DNA of 64,000 nucleotides from contig NC_052148.1 of assembly GCF_902713615.1 (NCBI RefSeq), forward strand, positions 250,429,212 to 250,493,211. The letters run 5' to 3'. The DNA comes from Scyliorhinus canicula (Eukaryota). Below the pieces are notes generated by a model. That model searched no databases. It had not been told where the DNA came from and was given only the letters and a program-made list of their open reading frames with translations. Numbering within the stretch: the stretch's first letter is position 1; every line of letters begins with the position of its first letter. Shown one piece after another: positions 39,019 to 50,800 of the stretch. A program made the position numbers and the translations under genes.

Positions 39019-40189
39019 CTAAGACAGAAAAGCACATTAATAATATTATAGACATGGTAAAAGAAAATACCAAGTAATATAACATGTTACAAAAGTAACA
39101 CTGTACATGGAAAGGAAACTGAAATTAAATTGGTTATATATTTTTGTGGGTTTATTAATGAGAAATAATTTGTTGAACGTAGAGGTGGTCACTTTGTATT
39201 TCAGAAGTCAACCAATGTTTTGCGGCTCAAGAGGTTATAACCATCTTTATACGGATTACATACGATCACATGGGATAAATAGCACAGAAACAGGCCACTT
39301 GGCCCAACCAGTTCATGTTTATGTCCCACTCGAGCCCCCTCCCATCTTTCGTCTTCTAAGCCTATCATCATAAACCGTATGCCTTCTCCTTCATATGCTT
39401 GTCTAGCTTCCCCTTAAATAATAGAATCCCTACAGCACAGTGGAGGCATTTCGGCCCATCGAGGCTGCACTGACCCTCTAAAAGAGCATCTGATCCAGGC
39501 CTATTCCACCACCCCATCACCACAAACCAGTAACCCCACCTAAACGTTTGGACACTAAGGGCTAATTTAGCATGGCCAATCCATCTAACCTGCACATCGT
39601 TGGACTGCGGGAGGAAACCAACGCAAACATGGGGAGATCATACAAACTCCACACAGACAGAGACCTACGGCTGGAATTGAACTCAGTCTCTAGCGGAGGC
39701 GGCAGTGCTAACCACTGTGCCACCGTGCGCCCTTTTCGGGCTAGTCATTTTGGCCGTTCCCAGTGGTAATGATTTCCATGTTCTCACCACTTTTTGGGTA
39801 AAGATGTTTCTTCTCAATTCCTATTGGATTTTTCTTGGTGACAATCTTATCTGCCTCTAGTTATTCTCTTCCCCACAAGAATAAATATTCTGTTCCTTTT
39901 ATACAATTGACCCCATCCCTAGTACTGGCATGTTTGGCACTGGAGCAAAGTTTAGTGCGTTTTAGGACCACAGATTTTTGTATGAAGAAATTGGGATTGA
40001 CAAAACAAAAACAAATCAGCTTATCTAAGAGAAAAATTATCATATCAGTACGAACTGAGGAGCAATTTGAGACTTAGTAAACAGTTGCTTGTTTCAAGAA
40101 TTTAATTGAATAAATTTGTCATTACAATATAATCATTTAACCATTCCTGAGTCAAAAAGGTGAAGATAGTTTAGGTCTGGTACAGCATT

Positions 40190-41448
40190 CACTTCTGAAT
40201 GTGGACGCAAAAGTATTGGCGAAGGTACTGGCAGGAGGTACTGCCTCCCGAAGGTAATAGGTGAAGATCAGACGGGGTTCGTGAGAAGGAAGCAGCTCTT
40301 TTCAAACGTTAGAAGGGTATTGAACATTGTTATGGCACCGGCAGAGGGGAAGGAAACAGGTGGTTGTGGCACTGGATGCTGAGAAGGCGTTTGACTGGGT
40401 AGAATTGGTGTACTTGATGGCAGTTCTGGAGCGGTTTGGGATTGGACCAAGGTTTGTGAACTGGGTAAAGCTACTATATAAGGAGCCGAGGGCAAGTGTC
40501 CGCACAAACAACATTATCTCGAGAAATGTTTCTCTCCTCTGTGGGACTAGGCAGGGATGTCCTATGGCCCCCCTGCTGTTTGCACTCGCGATTGAGCCGT
40601 TGGCCATCGCATTAAGTGGCTCGGAGATATGGAAAGGAATAGTGCGGGGGGGGATAGAGCATAGGGTGCCCTTATACGCCGATGATTTGCTGTTATACTT
40701 GAATGTGGAGAAGGTTCGGAGCTGGGTCAGAGGGGTTGATTCCCAGTGGGTCAGAGTGGAGGAGAGTTTGTGCAGGGGGTTGGGACTGAAAGCACTAGCA
40801 ACAGCGCCGCTCTCGATAGTCCCAGGGAAGTACTCAGGGAGTCCGGTAATAATAACTTCATTGAGAATTTGGAGGCTGTTTCGCCAACACTTTGGGTTGG
40901 GGGCAAGGTCAAGGGAAATGCCGATTCGGGGGAACCACAGATTTGAGCCAGGGAGGTGGGATGGAAATTTTCAGAAATGGGAGGAGAAGGGGATTAAGAC
41001 ACTAAAAGATTTGTTTCTTAGGGGTCGGTTTGCAGGACTGAAGGAGCGGGAAGCGAAGTATGGGCTGGAGCAGGGGGAAATGTTTAGATACATGCAGGTT
41101 CAAGATTTTGCCAGAAAGGAGATACAGAGCTTCCCGGTGGAGCCGGCTTCCACATTGCTGGAGGAGGTGCTGATGACAGGGGGACTGGAGAAGGGGGCAG
41201 TGTCAGCGGTTTACAGAGCTATTCTGGAGAGGAAAAGGCACCACTGGAAAGGATCAAAGCAAAGTGGGAGGAAGAGTTGGGAGAGGATATGGAGGTGGGG
41301 TTCTGGTGTGAGGTGCTGCGGAGAGTGAACGCCTCTACCTCGTACACGAGGTTGAGCTGATGCAGCTGAAGGTGGTATACAGAGCACGCCTCACGAGGGC
41401 GAGGATGGGCCAATTCTTTGAAGGCGTAGAAGATGTGTGTGAAAGTTG

Positions 41449-41479
<31 letters not shown>

Positions 41480-42089
41480 CTAATCACATTCATTCATATG
41501 TTTTGGTCCTGTCCAAAGCTAGAGGATTACTGGAAGGAGGCTTTTAGGGTAACTTCTAAAGTGGTGCCCGTGAAACTGGACCCGGGGAGGCCATATTCAG
41601 GACATCGGACCAGCCAGGGTTGGAAACGGGTGCGGAGGCAGATGTTGTAGCCTTCGCCTCTTTGATTGCCCGAAGGCGGATCCTGATGGGATGGAGAGCA
41701 GCCTCTCCATCCTGTGGCCTGGCACGGCGGGGGGACTTGCTGGAATTCTTGACTCTTGAGGTTAAGTTTGAACTGAGGGAAAGGATGGAGGGGTTCTACA
41801 ATTCATGGGCATTATTCATCATGCACTTTCAAGAACTGGATAACATCGAACATTAGTTGGGGGGGGGGGGGGGTGGTGTGTGTTGATGGTGACTATGGGT
41901 GATTCCTCATTCCTTTTTGTCATTTGTTTATGTGAACATGTGGGCTAATGTTTGGGGTTTGGTGAGAGGATGGGATCATTGTTATTGATATGGGGATTGA
42001 CATATTTGTTACTGATTATTGTTTGTTGTTGGTGGGCGTAAATTTGGGAGAAAATGTGAGAAAAGGAGAATAAAAAATATTTTTTAAAA
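40190..42089 (+). mobile_element. 5'-truncated, internally deleted L1 in the last C4orf33 intron (antisense)
   Basis: 15-bp TSD GTCTGGTACAGCATT at 40175-40189 and 42090-42104. RT motifs LDAEKAFD, GTRQGCP and YADD, G-rich 3' UTR, AATAAA near 42069. Confidence 0.92.
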
Positions 42090-42806
42090 GTCTGGTACAG
42101 CATTTAAAAACCTACTTAGCCTTTAAGTTACAGTTCTTTTTGCACACAATCAGAATGAGCAAGGTCAACTACTGACTGTATTAAAATTGTATCTCTGTAA
42201 GCTGCAATCAGCTCCCATCTACTCCAAACAAATACTTGTAAACATAGGCAGGCTCTATTATTTCAATAGTAATGAATAAAATATAAATGGTATTATGTAA
42301 TTTTAATCCAACAAAATGCAGAGAGAATTCAGGAATTCAGCAGGATGTTTTAACAAGTACTATATTCTACAAGTGACGTACAATTTCTTTGGTCTTCAAC
42401 ATTTTAAATTGAGCCTTTTCCTAATTGCTCTAATAAGCAAATGTTTGTGAGGCAGCAACAATGAATTTAATTTCATATCTTTACCTAACTTGTGTTTTTC
42501 CTCAATTATTATCAGCCAATTAATATCTCCCATCCACTTCTGAAAATCTCCCCACATCACTCATTTAAGCAATACTTTATAATAAGTGTGATTGCACTAA
42601 TGAGGGTGCAGAGGAGATTCACCAGGATATTGCCTGGGCTGGGGCCTTTCAGCTATGAAGAGGCATTGGTTAGGCTGGGATTGTTTTTTGTGACGTAAGT
42701 CAACGTGTGCTCAAAGCATAAAGATTTGCAGTTTAATCAAATATTTATACACTGCAGGCAGAAAGACCAACAGAAAGACCAATAAACAGTAAATCTTTAT
42801 ACTTAC

Positions 42807-43006
42807 AAGTCAGGCTGTTGCCCCTTCTTTAAATGTTCTTTAGGTATGGGGTAGAGAGCCTCATAAACTCTTTTATCACCAGAGCCATGAATTGCATAGG
42901 CATTAAATTTGTTAACACCAGGGGGGAAATAGTTCCAAGGGAGAAGTGCTTTGCCTTCCCAGTTTTCTTCACGAATTGTACAGTCATATTTTAAATCAAG
43001 TTCTTT
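42807..43006 (-). CDS. C4orf33: C4orf33 coding exon 4, KELDLKYDC...[40 protein letters not shown]...QQPDF
   Basis: Acceptor cttcacattag|, donor TT|GTAAGT, 200 nt, phase 0 to 2. Strong match to the C4orf33 core. Confidence 0.95.
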
Positions 43007-43661
43007 CTAATGTGAAGGAAAAACAGTAGCTTCACGTTTTCGAGTTTTAGTTTAATCTAGGAATGCAGTCACAAATGTATTCTTAAGAACTGAACCTTAA
43101 AAACTCTATCAGCAAATAAAGTGAAAGTAAAAATTAAAATGTAGGGAAATGTGCAAAATGAAAAACAATTGACAACTGAAGGTTAGCAGTGGATAACAGC
43201 CCAATCAGGTTGGAAACACTTCTATAAATGCAATTGAAGATACATCAGAGACAGAAACTGTAGCTGGGAAATAGATTAGAAATTAGAATATAGGGCACGG
43301 TTCCGGGCGTAATGGGCGAATCGTGCAAACACCCCAAATCGGGCTTCATGCTGGGCTGATCGTGAGACACATTCATTAGGCTCATTTAAATACACAGACA
43401 CAGGATTCACCTAGCGTCCGGAGTCAATGGCCGTGCCTGCAACCTTGCCAGTTTAGCACTGGTTTCCACAAACGTGGACTAGGTGTAACGACGAGGTCTT
43501 GCAGGTCATTAGAGACCCCTGGGTGATAAGGGGTAGGATAGTACTTTGGCACTCCCCCGGCACCCGGGCACCTTGGCACCGCGACAGTATAACTCCGAGA
43601 GCCCAAAGATTAGTTGGTGTGTAAAATGTCACACTAGTACAGGAGTGTGCACTCTTCTGGG

Positions 43662-43950
43662 GTCACGATGTGGAGATGCCGGCGTTGGACTGGGGTGAGC
43701 ACAGTAAGAAGTCTTACAACACCATGTTAAAGTCCAACAGGTTTGTTTCAAATCACTAGCTTTCGGAGCACAGCTCCTTTCTCAGCTGAATGAAGAGGTG
43801 GGTTCCAGAAACGTATATATTGACAAAGTCAATGATGCAAGACGATACTTTGAATGCAAGTCTTTGCAAGTAATGAAGTCTTTCCAGGTCCAGATGAAGC
43901 AACTGGAGAGAGGGATAATCCCTCTCTCCAGTTGCTCCGTCTGGACCTGT
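43662..43950 (-). mobile_element. Penelope-like pLTR fragment with a hammerhead-like motif and a terminal fold-back
   Basis: The minus strand reads CTGAGAA-A-GGAGC-TGT-GCTCC-GAAA-GCTA (43785-43757). 32-bp inverted repeat at 43885-43949. Confidence 0.7.
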
Positions 43951-44716
43951 AACAACACTATAACAACATAGATATGTTTATGGGGATGCCCTGCAAACAG
44001 TGACACATTGCCAGGAATGTCTGCACATCTTGACATAGGCTAGAAGATTTTGTCTTAACTTCTAAAAGAATAACAGAATTGCAGGAAATAGTGGTTAGGG
44101 ACAGCAAAATCCTAAACATACTTTACAATGAATGGATTTACATCTTCCTACAATTACTGCACATTGGGAATCTGCCACAGAAATAAAAATGTACACTGTT
44201 TGCAGTACCTTTTTTTTTTATAAATTTAGAGTACCCAATTATTTTTTCCAATTAAGGGTCAATTTAGCGTGGCCAATCCACCTACCCTGCACATCTTTGG
44301 GTTGTGGGGGTGAAACCCACGCAGACACGGGGAGAATGTGCAAACTCCACACGGACAGTGATCCAGGGTCAGGATTTGAACCCGGGTCCTCAGCGCCGTA
44401 GGCAGTTGTGCTAATCACTGTGCCACCATGCTGCCCCCACTGTTTGCAGTACCAAAGAAGCTAATTAAGATGACTACAAAAGTTACCCATTAAAAATCTA
44501 GGTTCCGAAACTCCATTTATGGTCTTCAAATCCACCACTGCAACTACAGCAAACAATTAGCCAAACACTCAGAAAAACTGCAACAAGCATTTGTTCCATT
44601 TCTTCACAAGTTCCTCTGAGCTCATACCAAAGTTATCACAGGATATCAGGAAAATCCCTGTGGAGGAGGATCTGTCATACGAGCTTTGTAAATAAACCAA
44701 ACTAACTATAACTTAC

Positions 44717-44768
44717 CTCCCATGCTTTTCTTTTACCAGAAAGTAATAGTACTAAGTGTTGTCCATGT
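44717..44768 (-). CDS. C4orf33: C4orf33 coding exon 3, HGQHLVLLLSGKRKAWE
   Basis: Acceptor tgttgttag|, donor GAG|GTAAGT, 52 nt, phase 2 to 0. Contains HGQHLVLLLSG. Confidence 0.95.
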
Positions 44769-45505
44769 CTAACAACAGTAAAACAGAAAGGATGCTGTTA
44801 ATACTGAAAACAAGCTACAACACAAGAATAAATTGCACACAATAAAGCATGGATAAAATGGAAAATTAATTGGGTTAGAGTTCTCAATCAACTATTTTGT
44901 CAAGAGAAGGCACTAGTAGAGGAAGGAAGGACAATGCAAGATTACATTTTCACAAATTACCAGCAGCAGCTACACCAATAGCAACCAAGACCAGTGCATA
45001 ATATGAAGAACTTTAAAGTAAAGAGAAAAATAATTATTTTCAAATGGAGGGGCAGGAATAAGTAAGTCCAGGTAGAAAAATAACTGACTTCTGGTGCATG
45101 TGTATATTTTAATCAAATAAACTACAGTTGGGAGCACGGTGGCTCAGTGGTTAGCATTGCAGCCACACGGCGCCAAGGTCCCAGGTTCAATCCCCGCTTG
45201 GGTCACTGTCCGCGTGGACTTTGCACATTCTCTCCGTGTTTGCGTGGGTTTCACCCTCACAATCCAAAGATGTGCAGGCTTGGTGGAATGGCCATGCTAA
45301 ATTGACCCTGAATTGGAAAAATGAATTGGGCACTCTAAATTTACATTTAAAAAAATAAACTACAGTTTAGATTCATACCAAAAGGATTTTGATGGAATAT
45401 TAGGGATCGAATAAATATTATGAGAAAGTATACATGATTTATAACACTGAGATTTTAAGCAACCTACAGCATCACAGAGTGACAAGGAAAACTTCCAATA
45501 CTTAC

Positions 45506-45566
45506 GGACAAAGTTCCACTTCAAGGTACAGTTCTTTGCTGCTATTCAAGAAAAACGCTTCTACAA
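45506..45566 (-). CDS. C4orf33: C4orf33 coding exon 2, VVEAFFLNSSKELYLEVELCP
   Basis: Acceptor tttaacag|, donor CC|GTAAGT, 61 nt, phase 1 to 2. The VVEAFFLN...YLEVELCP motif is characteristic of C4orf33. Confidence 0.95.
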
Positions 45567-46487
45567 CTGTTAAACATGAAATATGAAAAGCTTAAGGTTA
45601 CAGGAAACAATTTTCAAATTATGATGCTACTTTTATAATCTGCCAAGTTTGTTTTTTGGCATTAGGTCAGCTTGAGACGCAGGAGTTTTATTCAGTGTCC
45701 TGAGTCTCCCGTCATCCACTTATAAAAAAAGTTGAAAATGTTTCTGAAGCAGGGTATGATTTTTCATCATGATTAAGTTATTCTTCTCCTGCACACTTCA
45801 GCTCAAAGTGTTTATGCCCTGAAAGTGAAATCTAATAATTGGATATCTGGGACCTTAGTGAATGACAAGATAAATGGGGTTCAGAAAGAGAAATAAAGAT
45901 GGGGAAAGAAAGATTGGATTAAGAGAGAAAAAACAAGACAATGAGGAAAAGGAAGAGAAACAAACTTGAAATTTCATATTTTGTATTTTTATAATCTCCA
46001 AAACTAATTCATTATATGGGGGAGTGAGACTCCAGACTTATAATTTTTCCACTTTCTGAGCCAGAGTTGATTGGCCATCCTGAACAATTATAAAGTTGTT
46101 ATGTGCAAACGCAGCAACTTCATGAAACCCACGGAGGAAATTTAATGCAAGATTACATTTTCACAAGTCAGGCTGCTGAAACACAGTTTAAAAACAAACC
46201 CTAGGATTAAAATATCTGAATTTAAGATTAGAATTCCTATTTCTTTCTCTCATCTAGGTCAATATCACGGATGTCGGAATTTCAACTTTTGATAAATGCT
46301 GCCTGACTTGCTGAGCGTATCCAGCATTTTCTGTTTTTACTTATTTACTTTTCAAGTACTGAATCAGGCAATGAACAGGAAAGTAAGAGTATGTGTTAAC
46401 AATTGCAAGTGAACCAACAGAGAGGCTGTCACAAATACTTCAATGTGCTACTAAAGGGAGAGGGTTCCTGCTACACAGTGAGCCTGT

Positions 46488-46715
46488 GCATAGATAGCTT
46501 TAAGTTCCTGGGGGTCACCATCACCAACAGACTGCCCTGGTCCACTCATGTTGATGCAACAGTCAAGAAAGCCCAACAACGTCTCTACTTGCTACGGAAT
46601 CTAAAGAAATTCGGCTTGTCTGCATTGACTCTCACAAACTTCTACAGGTGTGTCATAGAGAGCATCCTATCCAGCTGCATCACAGCTTGGTATGGCAACT
46701 GCTCAGCCCAAGATT
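46488..46715 (+). mobile_element. Rex1/Babar-type LINE RT C-terminal fragment
   Basis: FKFLGVTITNRLPWSTHVDATVKKAQQRLYLLRNLKKF...FYRCVIESILSSCITAWYGNC. Confidence 0.8.
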
Positions 46716-47714
46716 CATGGAAGTGGGGACAGTAATGGATTGATTTGGTTGTGATTCCACTTAGGGTTGATTTGCTCCTATGTTCACATTCGAACAATGC
46801 CCAGCCAGGTGAGACAGCTAAGGGGCCAGGTGGCCAGCATCAGAACCATAGAAAAGTTACAACACAGAATGAGGCCATTCAGCCCATCTTGTTCATGCCA
46901 GCCCGAGGACATCCAGGTGCCCTTTCTAATCCCACCTTCCTGCACCAGGTTCATCACCCTTAGCTTGCAGAATTTTGCAGATCCAGGTACTTTTTAAAAG
47001 AGTTTAGGGTCTCTGCCTCCACCACCAACTCAGGCAGCAAATTCCAGACTTTGAGATAGATATATTTCTGATTTTTAAAAAATGGGTTAAAGGGATATGG
47101 GGAACAGGTAGGAAGGTGGATTTGAGACCAGGAAGAGATAAGCCATGATGTGATTGAATGGCGGAGCATGCCCGAGGAGCTGAATTATCCACTCCTGCTC
47201 CTAATTCCTACACAGCAGCTGCATGGCGGGGGGCGGTGGGAGAAACTAAACATAGCTAAAAATGCAGTACCAAATGATATGAGTATGTATATCGTTGTGC
47301 TGAAATGGCATAGTGCACCTGACAGATGTTTCCGTATGTTCACAGTATACATTGAATTCCACATCTCAACTGGCACATCTGGTGAGCTTCTGAGTGGTAG
47401 TGGCCGTACAGATAGCGATCAAAGAGGAATCTAACAACACTGTTCTGGTATACCTTCCTGTCCTACAGCAATGTTCAGTGCCTGTCCCAGCTGTGTCACT
47501 GCTGAGAGTGACAGATCAGGGGAAGGAAAGGGGTGGGGGAGTGGGAAGTGTTCTCTGGTAGTTTGCGTGTGAGGACATCAAAAAGGAAATATTTAAAACT
47601 AAAATCTGCAGTTTGGACACAAAAGAAGTGAATTAGCATTTACTCCGACTGTTAGCAAGGCTTGTAATTAAGTTTTTGAATGTAATATTTTCATAAAATT
47701 GGCACTTACTGTAC

Positions 47715-47895
47715 CTTCAAAGTCCCACAACTTGTTGTACGATTTTCCTCTTTTACCAGCTGGAGCTGAAGGATCATTGAAGAAAGGCCCCTCTACCTCC
47801 AGCAGCAAACCTTCATCATCTGGTTTAAGTGACAGTGATATCCCTTTGTGAGTCACTGGTGAACTATCCCACGTTTGTGTAATTGAAAAATTCAT
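47715..47895 (-). CDS. C4orf33: C4orf33 (UPF0462) coding exon 1, MNFSITQTWDSSPVTHKG...FFNDPSAPAGKRGKSYNKLWDFE
   Basis: Translation matches my recollection of the vertebrate C4orf33 N-terminus (MDFKIEHTWD...PFFRDPPAP...LWDYE). ATG at 47895, 181 nt, donor GAAG|GTACAG in phase 1. Upstream acceptors ttttcag (exon start 47915) or ccag directly before the ATG. Confidence 0.95.
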
Positions 47896-50800
47896 CTGGA
47901 TAATATTTTAATAGGCTGAAAATAAATTATTTCATTGTTTGATTTACTGAAGATCATACTTATTTTTAAAAATCTGTCACAAATATATGTAAAACTTGCT
48001 ATAAGTAGCTTATTTAATTTACCCCATAGTGGCATAGCCGCTATTAATATTAATCTGTGGTTGCTTCATCTGGTGACCTAACCAAGAACTAGGGAAGCTT
48101 GACTATTCAGCCACTCAAGCTTAAATGCTGGTCCAGAGAAATAAATCTCAGATTTTCAAAATATATATTGTTACGATTCCAGCAGCTATTACCGCTGGAC
48201 GTGTCTGATCATGGGGTGGAACTGGGCCTGTTGGATCCTAGCTTTTATTCTTTGTTTAGAAACATATACTGAACAGACTGCTGGTGAAATTTTAACGAAA
48301 TAAAACATTCATTAAACAATATTTCAGTCCTGCTTCACCAATACTTATACCTTTACAAATATATACAGTTCCAAAATCTATCTTACTCACTAATGTTCAC
48401 AAGTATAAAGTCCATGTAAACCAATAGGTAACCTATGGGTAGACACACCACACTCTCAGACCAAGGGCAGAATTCTCCCATCTGGGGAGTACGTCCCGTG
48501 GCGGGGAGAAAACTTGGAATGTTTCCTGTTGCAGAGGCCGATGGGTAAACACGCCAAATCTTTCAGGCCTGACCTCCTTAATTATGCAACCAGGTATTTT
48601 TATGTCATATTCTGTGGTGGGACAGGCCTATGGTGCGTAGTCTGTCATGCTATCCAGGCACCATACGGAAAAGGTGCTCAACATCACTGACCCACTGTTG
48701 AAGAAAGAAGGTGGACCTCCTGAGAAAGAAGATGGATCACTAGGAACATTGAGGCTGGAAGATGAGCCCCTGCAGGCCAAAAAATCTGTCTGATCTACCT
48801 GTAAATGCTCCCCCATCCCAGAGCTGTGGAATTCCAGGTTCCAGGAGTACCATTGACCTTCATCCTAAACTCTGTTGGAAGCCCCAGGCGTAGTTCAGGT
48901 GAGTCCCGACATCTGCACGTCACATTGTTCTCAACGTGTTTTGCATCGGTGTGTTTTCCCGCTGGTGCAAAGGAGATTCGGGTATGGGTGGTTGGACCTT
49001 CAGCTGCATCCCATTAGCCAAAGGCAAATGAGTTTCACGCTGGCCTCCATCAGGTATCCCGATCCAACATGGCAGGCACCAGCAGAAGATCACGTTGTAA
49101 GTTCACACCAGCGTGAAACGAATTTCTGGACTTCCTGTCATGTTCTCCTCCCACCCCCATCATTGAATTCACCGGTGGGGGCTTGGGAGAATTCCACCTC
49201 AAGTGACAAAAGCCACCCCAAACAGATCTATGGATCCCTCATCAATCTCCCCAGATGTTTGTCACACCAGGAGCCAACTGATCTCTTTGGACCTCTGTCT
49301 TCTACATGAGGATTTCTAATCACCGCTCTCAAAGAACACACCTTGGAATCTTCTCCCAAGCTATGCTTTCACTTGGGCATGTTCAACAAGGATCCAACTC
49401 CAAGATTTCAATCTCTCCTTCTGGTGTTCCTTTCCCCTGGATCGACACATGTATTCAAGCTTTGCCTCCCACACTCTCTCAGATACTCAGCCGTGCCAAT
49501 AGAACAACACTGTGTTACAAGTTCATTGTGAAGAGTTACAGATCTCCGTCTGCCCCCTTGAATCTTCTAGCTTTTTCCAAGCCTATTTTGCTTTACATCT
49601 GCTTCCTGCAGCTTTCTCTCTTTCATTTGGAGCCTTTTCCTCTACTCCTTACTTTAACTTCACTGAACAGGATTTGTTCCAGATTATCTGTCCTTGTCCT
49701 TCGACTTAACTGAAGACCTTTTTTACTTTAGGAACAGCTCCCTGCAGTTCACTCTCCCAGTAAAACAACTTGGTATCCCCCTCGAAACACAAAACTCACT
49801 CGCCACTTACCTTAACTCTTGGGCAACTCATCTAAGATTTTTACGATTTGATCATAGAACTTACAGTGCAGGAGGCCATTCGGCCCAGCGAGTCTGCACA
49901 GGCCCTTTTTTAAAAAAAAAGAGTGCCCTACCTCCACCTCACATCTTCACCCTATCCCCATAACCCAGCAACCCCACCTAACCTTTTGGACACTAAGGGC
50001 AATTTATCATGGTCAAACGCCTAACCTGCACATCTTTGTACTGTGGGAGGAAACCAGAGCACCCGGAGGAAACCCACGCAGATACGGAGAGAACGTGCAG
50101 ACTCCACACAGAGTCTCCACACGTTTCCTCAGCAATCTGCTACCATGTGCAACGAGAGAGAGAGACTTAAACTGCTCCCTTCACGATAGAGTGTAACCAC
50201 CAAATGACCTCAAACAGCGTTCTGTTTCAACTCCATGTGGGTACCTGGTGTTAGGATACAGCCTAGTTTTTTCTACTTGGTTTTAACTTCCCTATATTAC
50301 TCACCCCTTGCTAGCCTATCTCTTTACAATAAGAATCATAAAACCTCATTAAAATACAGGTATACAACTCAGACTTGCAGGCAACTTTTTTTTAAAAGCA
50401 AAATCAAAACTTGGTTCCCTCTTTCTGAACACATAAAAATTAATTAAACTTTTTAAATTAAGCGTTAGCCTGTTCATAACACGCACAACACAAATATAAC
50501 TTACTTAAAATGATACTTATTTCCTCTATTTCCCTTGGGGGGGAAAAAATCTTTAAAAACAATGTATGAAATTATATGCAAATCCCAGTTGCCATTATCA
50601 GTGATTTTAAGTATAAGGGATATAGAACGCGAGAGATACATTGAGAGGAGTGCCACTTAGAATGGAGGACATATTTTTTAAAACGTGCTTGATTGGTGAG
50701 TGGAAGTCAGAAAAAAGGTCTGGGATTGATAGGAGACTCAAAATTTTGTTTGGTCATGTTGGATCATCAATCGATAAAACAAACAGAACATGCAAGTACA

